From Escherichia coli 042 (GTDB lineage Bacteria; Pseudomonadota; Gammaproteobacteria; Enterobacterales; Enterobacteriaceae), in the NCBI RefSeq assembly GCF_000027125.1, contig NC_017626.1: a stretch of DNA of 64,000 bases; one strand, 5' to 3'. The notes under the pieces were generated by a model that was given only the letters and a program-made list of their open reading frames with translations, was not told the origin of the DNA and did no database searches. A program made the position numbers and the translations under genes. Positions 47,989-59,455 of this stretch are shown piece after piece. The stretch's first letter is position 1; every line of letters begins with the position of its first letter.

Positions 47989-48180
47989 CTATTTCACTTT
48001 AATCTCAATATTTCGCAGCTTTAGCTCTACTGGCAGGTCTGACTTTCCTGTTAATGCTAATGCGAGATTTTCAGGAGTAATGAGAGCAGTTATTGTTTTT
48101 CCCCTCGCCAGACGAATAATCATTCGTATCTCGCAATCGTCACATGCTCCCGGTCGAACAATTGAGATTTGTCCGTTCAT
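47989..48180 (-). CDS. Hypothetical phage protein (63 aa)
   Basis: Intact ORF with 2-3 bp spacing to neighbours on both sides. Confidence 0.4.
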   Translation of the reverse strand: MNGQISIVRPGACDDCEIRMIIRLARGKTITALITPENLALALTGKSDLPVELKLRNIEIKVK

Positions 48181-48181
48181 C

Positions 48182-48808
48182 TCACTTCCCCTTCACACCA
48201 ATGTTGGCGGCGGCGCGCTCGGCTTCACTTTGTTCCCAAAACCACTTGTGAAGCGCCATAAGCTTTTCGTCAATCGGTGCATATTTGCGATTAAAGTAGG
48301 CCTGAGCATCTTTCTCAGATTCGTCCGGTAATTCGCCTGGGCCAAACAGTGTGTTATAAATCCATGCCAGTCCGCTTTTAGCGTCGCCAGTCGATTGCCA
48401 TTCGATAATGGCAGCCTGCATGACCAGAATGTTTTTCCCGATTAACAGGTCCAGTTCTTTGTACCGGTTGCGGATGTATGCATTCTCGCTTTGTAATTTT
48501 GCGTTGCGCTTCTCTGCGGCTTCCAGATCAACTCTCAGCTTCCCTACCGTTAGCGCAATATCCTCGTTCTCCTGGTCGCGGCGTTTGATGTATTGCTGGT
48601 TTCTTTCCCGTTCATCCAGTAGTGCCAGCACGGTTTCTGGTCCGGTCAGAAATTTGAAGGCGTTGAGCGCATCAATATCCACACCGTAATCCTTAAGTTC
48701 CTGTTCACTTAACAAATCATCATCAACTGGCAACATTAACAGGCGTTCCATTGCCGGAATTGCACGTTCTGCCGCCAGTCGCAGAGCCTGATAGTTAATC
48801 TCGCTCAC
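48182..48808 (-). CDS. Ead/Ea22-like coiled-coil protein
   Basis: 208-aa ORF with central coiled-coil ([31 protein letters not shown]); family call from memory. Confidence 0.4.
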   Translation of the reverse strand: MSEINYQALRLAAERAIPAMERLLMLPVDDDLLSEQELKDYGVDIDALNAFKFLTGPETVLALLDERERNQQYIKRRDQENEDIALTVGKLRVDLEAAEKRNAKLQSENAYIRNRYKELDLLIGKNILVMQAAIIEWQSTGDAKSGLAWIYNTLFGPGELPDESEKDAQAYFNRKYAPIDEKLMALHKWFWEQSEAERAAANIGVKGK

Positions 48809-48988
48809 TGGTTGCCTCCTTTGCGCAACATCGCATTCAGATATTTGTTTTGATTCACTGATGGAAAAGAATTTCTCTTAAGCAATTCCTCTCTCGATGG
48901 CATTGGCTTTACGCGTTGGCGAATAATCATTTCTGCCGGAAGAATGCCGGGATTGTATGCAAGTCCTCTCATGGTAAATTCCTCTTTG

Positions 48989-49303
48989 TTAATTTATTCG
49001 TATGCCTGCTCTTTCTTCATCGAGTTTTTTTAGCTTGTATCGCATAGCTCTTACTGAATAAATTGAGCGGCAGGTTGCAATTGCTATTTCTTCTGCGGAG
49101 AACTTACCGAAAAGTGATACTTCGGCTCTTGTCCATCGTCTTCCACGAAGTCGGCTAACAATGTCAGCGCCAATCCTTGTTGCTTTCGCCATTACTGCTT
49201 TTTCAGTCCTTTCCAGTTTTTCAGCGATAACTTCAACTGGCATTGTCGCCGCCACTTCGCGCAAGAAATCGACTTCCCATTTCTCCCATGGAGTCTTTTT
49301 CAT
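48989..49303 (-). CDS. Hypothetical phage protein (104 aa, possible HTH)
   Basis: Basic ORF immediately downstream of the Gp157-like gene. Confidence 0.4.
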   Translation of the reverse strand: MKKTPWEKWEVDFLREVAATMPVEVIAEKLERTEKAVMAKATRIGADIVSRLRGRRWTRAEVSLFGKFSAEEIAIATCRSIYSVRAMRYKLKKLDEERAGIRIN

Positions 49304-49314
49304 AGGCGATACCG

Positions 49315-49803
49315 TTATTTGATAAGAAGTGAAGGTTTCCCAACTTTGAGTTGAGCGCCGGGGATATTTATTCCTGCTTTTAGTTGGTGTTTGATTGCTA
49401 GTTTGTCGGCTTTAATTGTCGTTTCAAACTCAACGTATTCTTGAGGAAGGGCGCTTGAGTCGATGATTTCTACAGTTTCTGACGGTTTGCGGATTGTTAC
49501 CTGGTGAATACCTGCTCGAATCTTTTTCTTGCCAACCATTTCAAGCGATGACGCTATATATGATTTGATGCTGTCAATCTTATTTTGAATTACTGCGGCT
49601 CGCTCATTTAGTGACTTTGCCTCTTCCTTGAGGCGTTCAGCATAACCAGATTCATTTTTAATAATGGCGAGAAGTTGCTCTATTTTATCGGTAAATTCTC
49701 CTTCCATGCCTTCTATTGTGTCAGCAATCATCTCTGGCTCTAAATCTGAATCCATCAATTTTGCGTATTCATTGGCTATTTCATATAGTTTGCTCACTGG
49801 CAA
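49315..49803 (-). CDS. Gp157-like recombination-module protein
   Basis: 162-aa acidic coiled-coil ORF overlapping the recT stop; resembles the Siphovirus Gp157 family that accompanies phage annealases. Confidence 0.5.
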   Translation of the reverse strand: MPVSKLYEIANEYAKLMDSDLEPEMIADTIEGMEGEFTDKIEQLLAIIKNESGYAERLKEEAKSLNERAAVIQNKIDSIKSYIASSLEMVGKKKIRAGIHQVTIRKPSETVEIIDSSALPQEYVEFETTIKADKLAIKHQLKAGINIPGAQLKVGKPSLLIK

Positions 49804-50692
49804 CCTCCAGTTTCGCTTTGCATTCTATGTAAATGGCTTGTACGTTCTGCTGCAATTTCATTCCAGATGTCAGGCGATATGCTTCTGCAAAATATCGCTT
49901 CAAATCATCCATGTTTTCTGCCTGAGCCATTTCATCGCAAAGAAGTTGTACTTTATCCATTATTTCCTGCTGGCGTTTCCGTTCATCTTCGCGGATATCT
50001 TCCTCTGATTTGTGCGGCATAACTGGTTCAGTCCACACACCTTCTTCTTCGTTTAGTACGTGAATAGCACTATCAAGACGTGATGCCTTAGGCCAATACT
50101 TGCTTGCACGCTTTACGACCGTCTTTCGCGCCATCTCATTCCAGTGATTTACCCATGGTCCTTTATCGCTGAATGCTGCCTTGCTTGTTTTCCTTACAGC
50201 CTCAATTTCAGCCAGACTCATCTCTTCCGTTAGATAATCACCTGCTGGCGTCTTAACTGTGCAGTAAACGCCAACGATATCACCACGATCACCGAAGGCG
50301 TTGTATTTATGGGTTGGTGCTTTATCAAGCCCGTTTGACTCATAGGTATCGTTAGCATGAACAAGTTTTGCCTGACCCCATGAGATAACACCAGACTCCA
50401 TTGCAATATGGAGCAATCCCATATAACTGATATCAAGGCAAACCATGCCGTCGCGCGGAACTAGATAAGCAAGTTTGCTGGCCGGGTTTAAGGTGATGCC
50501 GATCGCCGCAACATTGATGATGGCGTTCTGTGCGCTGGTTGGATTTGCCAGTGCCGTTTTAGCCAGGTAATCATTTTTCTGGAAATACTGAATTGCAAAC
50601 TGGCTTTCCTTAGCCCATGTCACCGTCTGTTCAGTCAATGCTCCGCAGAATAACTGCTCCTGCTGTTTAACGAATTCAACGATATTGCTCAT
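49781..50692 (-). CDS. recT: RecT-family single-strand annealing protein
   Basis: 303-aa ORF with RecT/Bet-like core; occupies the bet position of the early-left operon. Confidence 0.75.
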   Translation of the reverse strand: MSNIVEFVKQQEQLFCGALTEQTVTWAKESQFAIQYFQKNDYLAKTALANPTSAQNAIINVAAIGITLNPASKLAYLVPRDGMVCLDISYMGLLHIAMESGVISWGQAKLVHANDTYESNGLDKAPTHKYNAFGDRGDIVGVYCTVKTPAGDYLTEEMSLAEIEAVRKTSKAAFSDKGPWVNHWNEMARKTVVKRASKYWPKASRLDSAIHVLNEEEGVWTEPVMPHKSEEDIREDERKRQQEIMDKVQLLCDEMAQAENMDDLKRYFAEAYRLTSGMKLQQNVQAIYIECKAKLEVASEQTI

Positions 50693-51000
50693 GCAGCTTC
50701 TCCATAAATATGTCTGCGTTTGAATATTGCGAAGGCATATTCAGCCTTAACTCTTTCGGTTATTGCATCCCAGAACCATTCAGCGGCTTTTTCCTGATAG
50801 TTACAGTCATCATCTTCCAGCCAGTCGATAGCGTCCTTAGTGTGTTCATCTGGTTTATATGAGCGAAGCATTTCGCTTATTGGGTCGCAACGTTTGCAGA
50901 GGCGATCAACTTCACTGTTGATTCGTTCGTAATCTTCATCAGTAAAACTTGCGATTATTTGCGATATTTCACGCTTATCATTCAGAGTCAGAATCATCAT
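50689..51000 (-). CDS. Hypothetical acidic protein in gam position
   Basis: 103-aa ORF whose stop overlaps the recT start (ATGA); Asp/Glu-rich. Confidence 0.5.
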   Translation of the reverse strand: MMILTLNDKREISQIIASFTDEDYERINSEVDRLCKRCDPISEMLRSYKPDEHTKDAIDWLEDDDCNYQEKAAEWFWDAITERVKAEYAFAIFKRRHIYGEAA

Positions 51001-51081
51001 CTTTCTCCTGTTCTTTGTGCTGATTGAGCATTTCTTTCATCTGACGAATGAATTCTTCGTCTGACCAGTTATCTGTAAAAC

Positions 51082-51234
51082 TCATTTCCTGCGATACCAC
51101 GGAAGGTTGATCGCTGATTTCATCGCTTTATTTGCTTCAAGCCACATTTTTGAATCACCAATAAATCTGGCTATTACTGCTTTGTTCTGTGCAGCACGAA
51201 GCATCTGGTGATTGATGGCTATTTCATTGCGCAT
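51082..51234 (-). CDS. Kil-like small protein (tentative)
   Basis: 50-codon ORF MRNEIAINHQMLRAAQNKAVIARFIGDSKMWLEANKAMKSAINLPWYRRK found by reading, directly after the cIII-like ORF; assignment by position and loose motif only. Confidence 0.35.
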   Translation of the reverse strand: MRNEIAINHQMLRAAQNKAVIARFIGDSKMWLEANKAMKSAINLPWYRRK

Positions 51235-51353
51235 AACGCCTCCAGTTGTTTCTTTGCTGCTCTGATTAATTGTTTAACTCGGCGTGATAATTCAGATTCG
51301 TGCGGGTAGAAAGCGGACATGACGCCGCTACCCGCGAGCTGAAAGTGCATCAT
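51219..51353 (-). CDS. cIII: cIII-like protein
   Basis: Internal start MHFQLAGSGVMSAFYPHESELSRRVKQLIRAAKKQLEAL resembles the lambdoid cIII core; start codon uncertain. Confidence 0.5.
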   Translation of the reverse strand: MMHFQLAGSGVMSAFYPHESELSRRVKQLIRAAKKQLEALCAMK

Positions 51354-51547
51354 GGGTAACTCCTTATATTTGATTGCATAACGAAAACGCCTCGAATGAA
51401 GCGTTATTGGTATGCATATAAAAAGGCCCTCACACTGGAGGGCAAAGAAGATTTCCAATAATCAGAACAAGTCGGCTCCTGTTTAGTTACGAGCGACATT
51501 GCTCCGTGTATTCACTCGTTGGAATGAATACACAGTGCTTATTCGTA

Positions 51548-52018
51548 CTAATAAAATACCCAATTTTCTGTTTCTTGGTTGTGTCCAAAGTTATATTCAA
51601 TATCTGGTGTTGATGTATCAATATTCTTCATCCCATCAACAAGAGTTGATACAACAGCCAAATCTTGTTCTATTCTCATTAAATGGTATTTCTTCCGGCG
51701 CAATAAACTTTCAATAGCAAGTTTCTTCGTTGGGAATGCAAAAGATCTTTCTGCATTTTTTGCTACTTTCTTAATTGCATATCTATTTCTCCTTTGTTTC
51801 CATTCCTGTAACCACTGATTTGGTGCTGGTTTAAAATTAACAATCCAATGCGCAGGAACCAACCATGCATAATGCTCTGTCTGATGAAAAGCTATATATT
51901 GAAGTGCGAATATTTTTATCCCATCTTCTTCAACTGTCGCCTGGAATCTCCAGAAAACAGGCATTCCATCATGTTCAGTTTCTGATTCAGGAAAAGGTAC
52001 GCTCCATGATTTTGTCAT
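51548..52018 (-). CDS. Hypothetical protein immediately downstream of N
   Basis: 156-aa ORF with GAGGTGA RBS, starting 9 bp after the N stop; no recognisable family. Confidence 0.55.
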   Translation of the reverse strand: MTKSWSVPFPESETEHDGMPVFWRFQATVEEDGIKIFALQYIAFHQTEHYAWLVPAHWIVNFKPAPNQWLQEWKQRRNRYAIKKVAKNAERSFAFPTKKLAIESLLRRKKYHLMRIEQDLAVVSTLVDGMKNIDTSTPDIEYNFGHNQETENWVFY

Positions 52019-52026
52019 ATCTCACC

Positions 52027-52353
52027 TCAAATAAGTGGTTTGCTGCCTAATTTCATTTTCTGTCGACCAACACAAGTCACACCAATTTCACTGCGTGGCT
52101 TGCTGTACCATGTGCGCTGATTCTTGCGCTCAATACGTTGCAGGTTGCTTTCAATCTGTTCGTGGTATTCAGCCAGCACCGTAAGGTCTATCGGATTCAG
52201 TGCGCTTTCTACTCGTGATTTCGGTTTGCGATTCAGCGAGAGAATAGGGCGGTTAACTGGCTTTGCGCTTACCCCAACCAACAGGGGATTTGCTGCTTTC
52301 CATTGAGCCTGTTTCTCTGCGCGACGTTCGCGGCGGCGTGTTTGTGCATCCAT
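52027..52353 (-). CDS. N: Antitermination protein N (lambda-type)
   Basis: MDAQTRRRERRAEKQAQWKAANPLLVGVSAKPVNRPILSLNRKPKSRVESALNPIDLTVLAEYH matches lambda N (Arg-rich boxB-binding motif at N-terminus); the track ORF extends upstream of the true start. Confidence 0.9.
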   Translation of the reverse strand: MDAQTRRRERRAEKQAQWKAANPLLVGVSAKPVNRPILSLNRKPKSRVESALNPIDLTVLAEYHEQIESNLQRIERKNQRTWYSKPRSEIGVTCVGRQKMKLGSKPLI

Positions 52354-52463
52354 CTGGATTCTCCTGTCAGTTAGCTTTGAGTAACGCGCCGTGATGCTTA
52401 TCTCCACGGTTGCTGTCTTGCAGCTGCATTTCGCGCTACTCAAAGCTTTCTGCTTTGAATGCT

Positions 52464-52494
52464 GCCCTTCTTCAGGGCTTAATTTTTAAGAGCG
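52464..52494 (-). promoter_or_regulatory. nutL (boxA cgctctta + boxB gccctgaagaagggc)
   Basis: Minus strand reads cgctcttaaaaattaagccctgaagaagggcagc, identical to lambda nutL. Confidence 0.9.
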
Positions 52495-52538
52495 TCACCT
52501 TCATGGTGGTCAGTGCGTCCTGCTGATGGCTTAAAATT

Positions 52539-52606
52539 ACAAGGAAGATTGTATGTTGTAAACAAGAAATATTGTAAAAAAGAGCGTGAAAAACAAATTC
52601 CATTGT
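52539..52606. promoter_or_regulatory. OL operators (phage 434 type), overlapping pL
   Basis: Three 14-bp sites of the ACAA-N6-TTGT type: acaaggaagattgt (52539-52552), acaagaaatattgt (52562-52575), acaaattccattgt (52593-52606). Confidence 0.8.
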
Positions 52607-52656
52607 TTTTAAACGGAAAATAGTTTGTTTTTTGGTTGTCGAAATCGAGGTGAGGA

Positions 52657-54009
<1,353 letters not shown>

Positions 54010-54017
54010 GACATTCC

Positions 54018-54049
54018 CGCTCTTACACATCCCAGCCCTGAAAAAGGGC
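54018..54049 (+). promoter_or_regulatory. nutR (boxA cgctctta, boxB gccctgaaaaagggc), followed by tR1 region
   Basis: cgctcttacacatcccagccctgaaaaagggcatcaaattaaacc matches lambda nutR. Confidence 0.9.
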
Positions 54050-54128
54050 ATCAAATTAAACCACACCTATGGTGTATGCATTTATTTGCATACATTCAAT
54101 CAATTGTTATCTAAGGAAATACTTACAT

Positions 54129-54407
54129 ATGCAACTTACAAGTACTCGCAAGAAAGCGAATGCAATTACAAGCAACATCCTAAATCGAATTGCTGTACGT
54201 GGTCAGCGAAAGGTGGCCGACGCGTTAGGGATTAATGAATCGCAAATTTCACGATGGAAAGACAGCTTCATCCCAAAAATGGGAATGCTTCTGGCTGTTC
54301 TTGAATGGGGTGTTGAAGACGAGGAGTTGGCGGAACTGGCTAAGAAAGTAGCCAGAATGCTGACAAAAGAAAAAGCCCCGAAGAACGGCGAATTCTTCGA
54401 GGCCTGA
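54129..54407 (+). CDS. cII: cII transcriptional activator
   Basis: MQLTSTRKKANAITSNILNRIAVRGQRKVADALGINESQISRWK...MLLAVLEWGV aligns with lambda cII; the track ORF starts further upstream inside the tR1 region. Confidence 0.85.
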   Translation: MQLTSTRKKANAITSNILNRIAVRGQRKVADALGINESQISRWKDSFIPKMGMLLAVLEWGVEDEELAELAKKVARMLTKEKAPKNGEFFEA

Positions 54408-54589
54408 TGTAGAAAGACTGGATCAATCCACAGGAGTAATTATGACAAAACGTCGTAAGAAATACCAGGAAAAAGAAGAGATTCGACACCCTGATTCACC
54501 TGAGGGATTAGTGGTAGCCGCAGCAAATAACAGGGCGTTCGCAGAGCGCCTTGTTGGTGTTTACAGACTAGCCAAAGCAGGAGTGAAAC

Positions 54590-55411
54590 ATGGGCGTCGT
54601 TAAGTTAGCTGATTACAGGCCTCAACTGGAGGTCGTGGAGCATCGCGTGGCAGATACCGAAGATGGTTTCATGCGCGTTGCTAACGAGATTACCGACAGT
54701 CTGCTGATGGCTGATTTAACCGTCCGGCAGTTGAAGGTGATGCTCGCTATCATGCGCAAGACATACGGATTCAATAAGCCGATGGATCGACTCACAAACA
54801 CGCAGATAGCAGCCATGACAGGTATTCATCACACTCATGTTTGCGCTGCCAAGCGCCAGCTTATTGAGCGTAAATTCCTCATTGCTGATGGCGTGAAAAT
54901 CGGAGTGAACAAGGTGGTTTCGCAGTGGATTAGCCAGGACAGCTTAACATTAGCTAAAACAGCTAATAAAACATTAGCCGAGTCGGCTAATTGGTATAAG
55001 CCAAGTCAGCTAAACACAAAAGACAATATACAAAAGACAATAAATACAAATACCCCCTTACCCCCTAACGGGGGCGGCGATGGGCAGGTTAAACCTGAAC
55101 GTCGCAAGGCAGAACGAATCGACTACGAATCCTTCCTGAACGCCTACAACACCGAAGTCGGTGACAGACTGCCGCACGCTGTTGCGGTCAACGAGAAACG
55201 CAAACGCCGCCTGAAGAAAATCATCCCGCAACTGAAAACGCCAAACGTGGACGGTTTCAGAGCGTATGTCAGGGCGTTTGTGCATCAGGCCAAGCCGTTT
55301 TACTTCGGAGACAACGACACGGGCTGGACGGCAGATTTTGATTACCTGCTGAGGGAAGATTCGTTAACGGGAGTTCGGGAAGGGAAGTTTGCAGACAGGG
55401 GGATTGCATGA
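54590..55411 (+). CDS. Replication initiator, phage O-like
   Basis: 273-aa ORF with N-terminal O-type origin-binding region ([38 protein letters not shown]). Confidence 0.75.
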   Translation: MGVVKLADYRPQLEVVEHRVADTEDGFMRVANEITDSLLMADLTVRQLKVMLAIMRKTYGFNKPMDRLTNTQIAAMTGIHHTHVCAAKRQLIERKFLIADGVKIGVNKVVSQWISQDSLTLAKTANKTLAESANWYKPSQLNTKDNIQKTINTNTPLPPNGGGDGQVKPERRKAERIDYESFLNAYNTEVGDRLPHAVAVNEKRKRRLKKIIPQLKTPNVDGFRAYVRAFVHQAKPFYFGDNDTGWTADFDYLLREDSLTGVREGKFADRGIA

Positions 55412-56784
55412 GACAGGATATCGAAGCGAGCGTTATCGGTGGCCTGCTGATTGGTGGATTAACTCCAACCGCCAGTGACGTTCTGGCAACGCTGGAGCCG
55501 GAAGCGTTTTCAATTCCGCTCTACCGGAAAGCCTTCGAGGTTATCCGCAAGCAGGCGCGAAACAGAAATTTAATCGACGCGCTGATGGTTGCCGAGGCGT
55601 GCGGAGAGGAGCATTTCACGTCAATCCTGATGACCAGCAAAAACTGCCCGAGTGCCGCAAACCTGAAGGGATATGCCGGAATGGTCGCGGATAACTATCA
55701 CCGCCGTCTGGTGCTGGAAATCATGGATGAAATGCGTGAACCAATTCAGAGCGGAACCATCGATACATCGAGTCAGGCGATGGACGAGCTCGTAAAGCGT
55801 CTTTCAGCTATCAGAAAGCCCCGTGACGAGGTTAAACCTGTACGGTTAGGGGAAATCATTACTGACTACACTGACACGCTTGACAGGCGTCTGAGGAACG
55901 GAGAAGAGTCAGATACCCTGAAGACCGGAATCGAAGAACTTGACGCCATCACCGGAGGGATGAACGCGGAAGACCTTGTGATAATCGCTGCTCGTCCTGG
56001 TATGGGGAAAACCGAACTGGCGCTGAAGATTGCCGAAGGCGTTGCAAGCCGCGTTATTCCTGGTTCTGACGTCCGGCGCGGAGTATTGATTTTCTCAATG
56101 GAAATGAGCGCATTGCAGATTGCAGAGCGGAGCATTGCCAACGCCGGGAGGATGTCGGTTAGCGTACTGCGAAATCCTGCATCGATGGATGACGAAGGCT
56201 GGGCGCGTGTTGCTAACGGCATGAGTCAGCTTGCAGATTTGGATGTATGGGTAGTCGATGCCTCGCGGTTATCGGTCGAAGAAATTCGCTCAATCGCAGA
56301 ACGGCACAAACAGGAAAATCCAAACCTGTCACTCATCATGGCGGATTATCTTGGCCTGATTGAGAAGCCGAAAGCAGATCGCAACGACCTCGCAATTGCT
56401 CACATCTCCGGAAGCCTGAAGGCGATGGCGAAAGACCTGAAAACGCCTGTTATCTCCCTAAGTCAGCTTTCGCGCGATGTTGAGAAGCGACCAAACAAAC
56501 GCCCGACAAACGCAGATTTGCGTGATTCTGGAAGCATTGAACAGGACGCAGACTCAATCATCATGCTCTATCGGGAAGCGGTATATGACGAGAACAGTAG
56601 CGCCGCGCCATTTGCTGAAATCATTGTGACGAAAAACCGTTTTGGCTCGCTTGGTACGGTTTACCAGCGGTTCTGTAACGGACACTTTGTTGCATGTGAC
56701 CAGGATGAAGCCAGACAGATTTGCACAACATCAAATGCACCTGCTGCGCGTGGCAGACGATATGCACAAGGGGCTGACGTATGA
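55408..56784 (+). CDS. DnaB-type replicative helicase
   Basis: 458-aa ORF with Walker A (AARPGMGKT) and DnaB C-terminal motifs; start overlaps the O-like stop. Confidence 0.85.
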   Translation: MRQDIEASVIGGLLIGGLTPTASDVLATLEPEAFSIPLYRKAFEVIRKQARNRNLIDALMVAEACGEEHFTSILMTSKNCPSAANLKGYAGMVADNYHRRLVLEIMDEMREPIQSGTIDTSSQAMDELVKRLSAIRKPRDEVKPVRLGEIITDYTDTLDRRLRNGEESDTLKTGIEELDAITGGMNAEDLVIIAARPGMGKTELALKIAEGVASRVIPGSDVRRGVLIFSMEMSALQIAERSIANAGRMSVSVLRNPASMDDEGWARVANGMSQLADLDVWVVDASRLSVEEIRSIAERHKQENPNLSLIMADYLGLIEKPKADRNDLAIAHISGSLKAMAKDLKTPVISLSQLSRDVEKRPNKRPTNADLRDSGSIEQDADSIIMLYREAVYDENSSAAPFAEIIVTKNRFGSLGTVYQRFCNGHFVACDQDEARQICTTSNAPAARGRRYAQGADV

Positions 56785-57050
56785 ATAAAAAACAATTAGC
56801 CATTCTCGAAAAGGCATGGGATGCACAAATATCATGCGCTTTGAAAGAACAGGCACTACCAATAATCCAGACCAAATCGAAAATAGCCAGGCAGTTATGC
56901 GATGACGGATTCCTGAACGAGGTTGAGATTACGCGCCAGATGGTAACGTTCAAAGGGTATGAGATAAATCATCATGGTATAGCGGCGTATTGCTCCCATC
57001 TTCCTGATGACGTTGACATTGATGAAATGGAAAGGGAGATGAAGCAATGA
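56781..57050 (+). CDS. Hypothetical protein (ren position)
   Basis: 89-aa ORF overlapping the helicase stop. Confidence 0.45.
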   Translation: MNKKQLAILEKAWDAQISCALKEQALPIIQTKSKIARQLCDDGFLNEVEITRQMVTFKGYEINHHGIAAYCSHLPDDVDIDEMEREMKQ

Positions 57051-57131
57051 CCATCTACATCACTGAGCTAATAACAGGGGCTATTTACACAGTAGCCCTT
57101 TTTTATTGGATTAAGAACGAGGGGGATCCTG

Positions 57132-57344
57132 ATGGACACCGTTAACGGAATGTGTTCAGACGCACCGCGTGCCAAAAAATGTAAATGCGGAAAATCACCG
57201 ACAATATTCGACATGGAGAACGGGTGCCAAATCTACTGCGCTAACCACGCTGCTGTGGCGGCCGCGAATTATCGCAGTGCGGTAACGGAGTGGAATAACC
57301 TGAAATCTGTTAGAGAGGGAAGTCATGAAAAAACTAACCTTTGA
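57132..57344 (+). CDS. Small Cys-rich hypothetical protein
   Basis: 70-aa ORF with CKCG...C...C pattern; overlaps the ninB start by 20 nt. Confidence 0.3.
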   Translation: MDTVNGMCSDAPRAKKCKCGKSPTIFDMENGCQIYCANHAAVAAANYRSAVTEWNNLKSVREGSHEKTNL

Positions 57345-57765
57345 AATTCGATCTCCAGCACATCAGCAAAACGCTATTCACGCAGTACAGCAAATCCTTC
57401 CAGACCCAACCAAACCAATCGTAGTAACCATTCAGGAACGCAACCGCAGCTTAGACCAGAATCGAAAGCTTTGGGCTTGCCTTGGTGACGTCTCTCGTCA
57501 GGTTGAATGGCATGGTCGCTGGCTGGATGCAGAAAGCTGGAAGTGCGTTTTTACAGCAGCATTAAAGCAGCAGGACGTTGTTCCTAACCTTGCCGGGAAT
57601 GGCTTTGTGGTAATAGGCCAGTCAACCAGCAGGATGCGTGTAAGCGAATTTGCGGAGCTATTAGAGCTTATACAGGCATTCGGTACAGAGCGTGGCGTTA
57701 AGTGGTCAGACGAAGCGCGACTGGCTCTGGAGTGGAAAGCGAGATGGGGAGACAGGGCTGCATGA
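57325..57765 (+). CDS. ninB: NinB (Orf family recombination mediator)
   Basis: 146-aa MKKLTFEIRSPAHQQNAIHAVQQILPDPTKPIVVTIQERNRSLDQNRKLWACL matches lambda NinB. Confidence 0.9.
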   Translation: MKKLTFEIRSPAHQQNAIHAVQQILPDPTKPIVVTIQERNRSLDQNRKLWACLGDVSRQVEWHGRWLDAESWKCVFTAALKQQDVVPNLAGNGFVVIGQSTSRMRVSEFAELLELIQAFGTERGVKWSDEARLALEWKARWGDRAA

Positions 57766-58607
57766 TAAATGTCGTTAGTTTCTCAGGTGGCAGGACGTCA
57801 GCATATTTACTCTGGCTAATGGAGCAAAAGCGACAGGCAGGTGAAGACGTGTATTACGTTTTCATGGATACAGGGGCAGAGCACCCTAAAACATATGAGT
57901 TCATCCGAAATATCGTCAGTAACTGGAAAATAGACTTACATTGCCTTCGTGTAATACCTAATCCAGAAATGGGGAAGGCCAGTAGTTATGAAGAGATAGG
58001 TGTCAATGATATTGGTCCAGATCTTATACCGTGGAAAAGGATGTTGAATAAATACGGACATCCATATATCGGCGGTGCGTTCTGTACCGACAGAATGAAG
58101 TCTGTTCCATTCACCAAATATTGTCAGGAAAAGTTTGGGAAAGGAAATTACATCACATGGCTTGGCATTCGCACAGATGAACCAAACAGGCTTAAAAGGG
58201 CTAATGGTTTTCGGTACCTGGCTGATATAAGCGATTTTGAAAAACAGGATGTGCTTGATTGGTGGAGTGAGCAGAAGTTTGATCTTGGCATACAGGAGCA
58301 TCTTGGTAATTGTGTTTTCTGCATAAAAAAAAGTATGCAAAAGGTGGCGCTGGTAGCCATGGATGAGCCAGAACTTGCAGATGCATTTATCAACATCCTT
58401 GATACAGAAATAAAAACAGGAAAGGAACCGGTTATGTATCGAGGTAATAATACACTTAAATCACTGATTGCCTTGTTTAGTGATATATCAAGAGATGAGT
58501 TAGCCTCAAGAATGACATCAATGCGACAGTATGATTCAGGTTCGTGTTCTGAATCATGTGAAGCATTTTCATGTCAGCTTGGATTTAATTTTGAGGATGC
58601 GGCATGA
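57762..58607 (+). CDS. ninC: NinC (PAPS-reductase-like protein)
   Basis: Internal start [20 protein letters not shown] (PP-loop SGGxxS motif) overlapping the ninB stop; start choice uncertain, the track ORF begins at 57702. Confidence 0.75.
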   Translation: MINVVSFSGGRTSAYLLWLMEQKRQAGEDVYYVFMDTGAEHPKTYEFIRNIVSNWKIDLHCLRVIPNPEMGKASSYEEIGVNDIGPDLIPWKRMLNKYGHPYIGGAFCTDRMKSVPFTKYCQEKFGKGNYITWLGIRTDEPNRLKRANGFRYLADISDFEKQDVLDWWSEQKFDLGIQEHLGNCVFCIKKSMQKVALVAMDEPELADAFINILDTEIKTGKEPVMYRGNNTLKSLIALFSDISRDELASRMTSMRQYDSGSCSESCEAFSCQLGFNFEDAA

Positions 58608-58786
58608 GACGACAGCGACGAAGTATCACCGACATCATCTGCGAAAACTGCAAATACCTTCCAACGAAACGCTCCAGAAATAAACGCAAGCCAATCCCCA
58701 AAGAATCTGACGTAAAAACCTTCAATTACACGGCTCACCTGTGGGATATCCGGTGGCTAAGACATCGTGCGAGGAAAACAAGGTGA
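58604..58786 (+). CDS. ninE: NinE
   Basis: 60-aa [60 protein letters not shown] matches lambda NinE. Confidence 0.8.
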   Translation: MRRQRRSITDIICENCKYLPTKRSRNKRKPIPKESDVKTFNYTAHLWDIRWLRHRARKTR

Positions 58787-58953
58787 TTGACCCAAATCGA
58801 AGTTACGAACAAGAAAGCGTCGAGCGGGCTTTAACGTGCGCTAACTGCGGTCAGAAGCTGCATGTGCTGGAAGTTCACGTGTGTGAGCACTGCTGCGCAG
58901 AACTGATGAGCGATCCGAATAGCTCAATGTACGAGGAAGAAGACGATGAATGA
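58783..58953 (+). CDS. ninF: NinF
   Basis: GTG-start [47 protein letters not shown] matches lambda NinF. Confidence 0.7.
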   Translation: MIDPNRSYEQESVERALTCANCGQKLHVLEVHVCEHCCAELMSDPNSSMYEEEDDE

Positions 58954-59455
58954 TGTTAAAGAAAAAGATATCCCCGGCTTTGAGGGTATATATAAAGTAA
59001 CTGAAAATGGAGACATCATTTCATGCCGTAAATCAAAAAAATTATCTCATGGCATTAAACCAGGAGGATATGCATTTGTCGGTCTGTATCCAGGTGGCGG
59101 GAAAAGACCATCATATAAAATGGTTCACAGAATTGTTGCAGAAGTATTTATTGATAACCCAGATGGCAAACCGGAAGTTAATCACAAGGATGGAAATAAA
59201 CTTAATAATAAAGTTGAAAATCTTGAGTGGGTAACGCGAACAGAAAATGCGAAACATGGATTTGATTCCGGGTTGCTTGTTCATGGTTTTAATCATCACT
59301 TCTGCAAACTAACGCCAGAACAAGTGAAATCAATATATAAATCAAAAGGCAAATACAGAGATATAGCCAAAGAATTTGGTGTTTGTGCGCAGACAGTGTG
59401 CAACATAAAAAACAAATCAGCGTACCGACGTTTTTTGGAGGGGATTGATGTTTAG
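58946..59455 (+). CDS. HNH homing endonuclease (NUMOD4-like N-terminus + HNH motif)
   Basis: 169-aa ORF with IPGFEGIYKVTENGDI N-terminal motif and HNH core VNHKDGNKLNNKVENLEW; inserted between ninF and the DUF1364-like gene. Confidence 0.75.
   Translation: MNDVKEKDIPGFEGIYKVTENGDIISCRKSKKLSHGIKPGGYAFVGLYPGGGKRPSYKMVHRIVAEVFIDNPDGKPEVNHKDGNKLNNKVENLEWVTRTENAKHGFDSGLLVHGFNHHFCKLTPEQVKSIYKSKGKYRDIAKEFGVCAQTVCNIKNKSAYRRFLEGIDV

Noticed and set aside
51000-51085. 35-codon minus-strand ORF (MSFTDNWSDEEFIRQMKEML...) overlapping the kil-like stop and the ORF103 start
   Set aside because: Too short and overlapping on both sides; cannot be supported without expression data.
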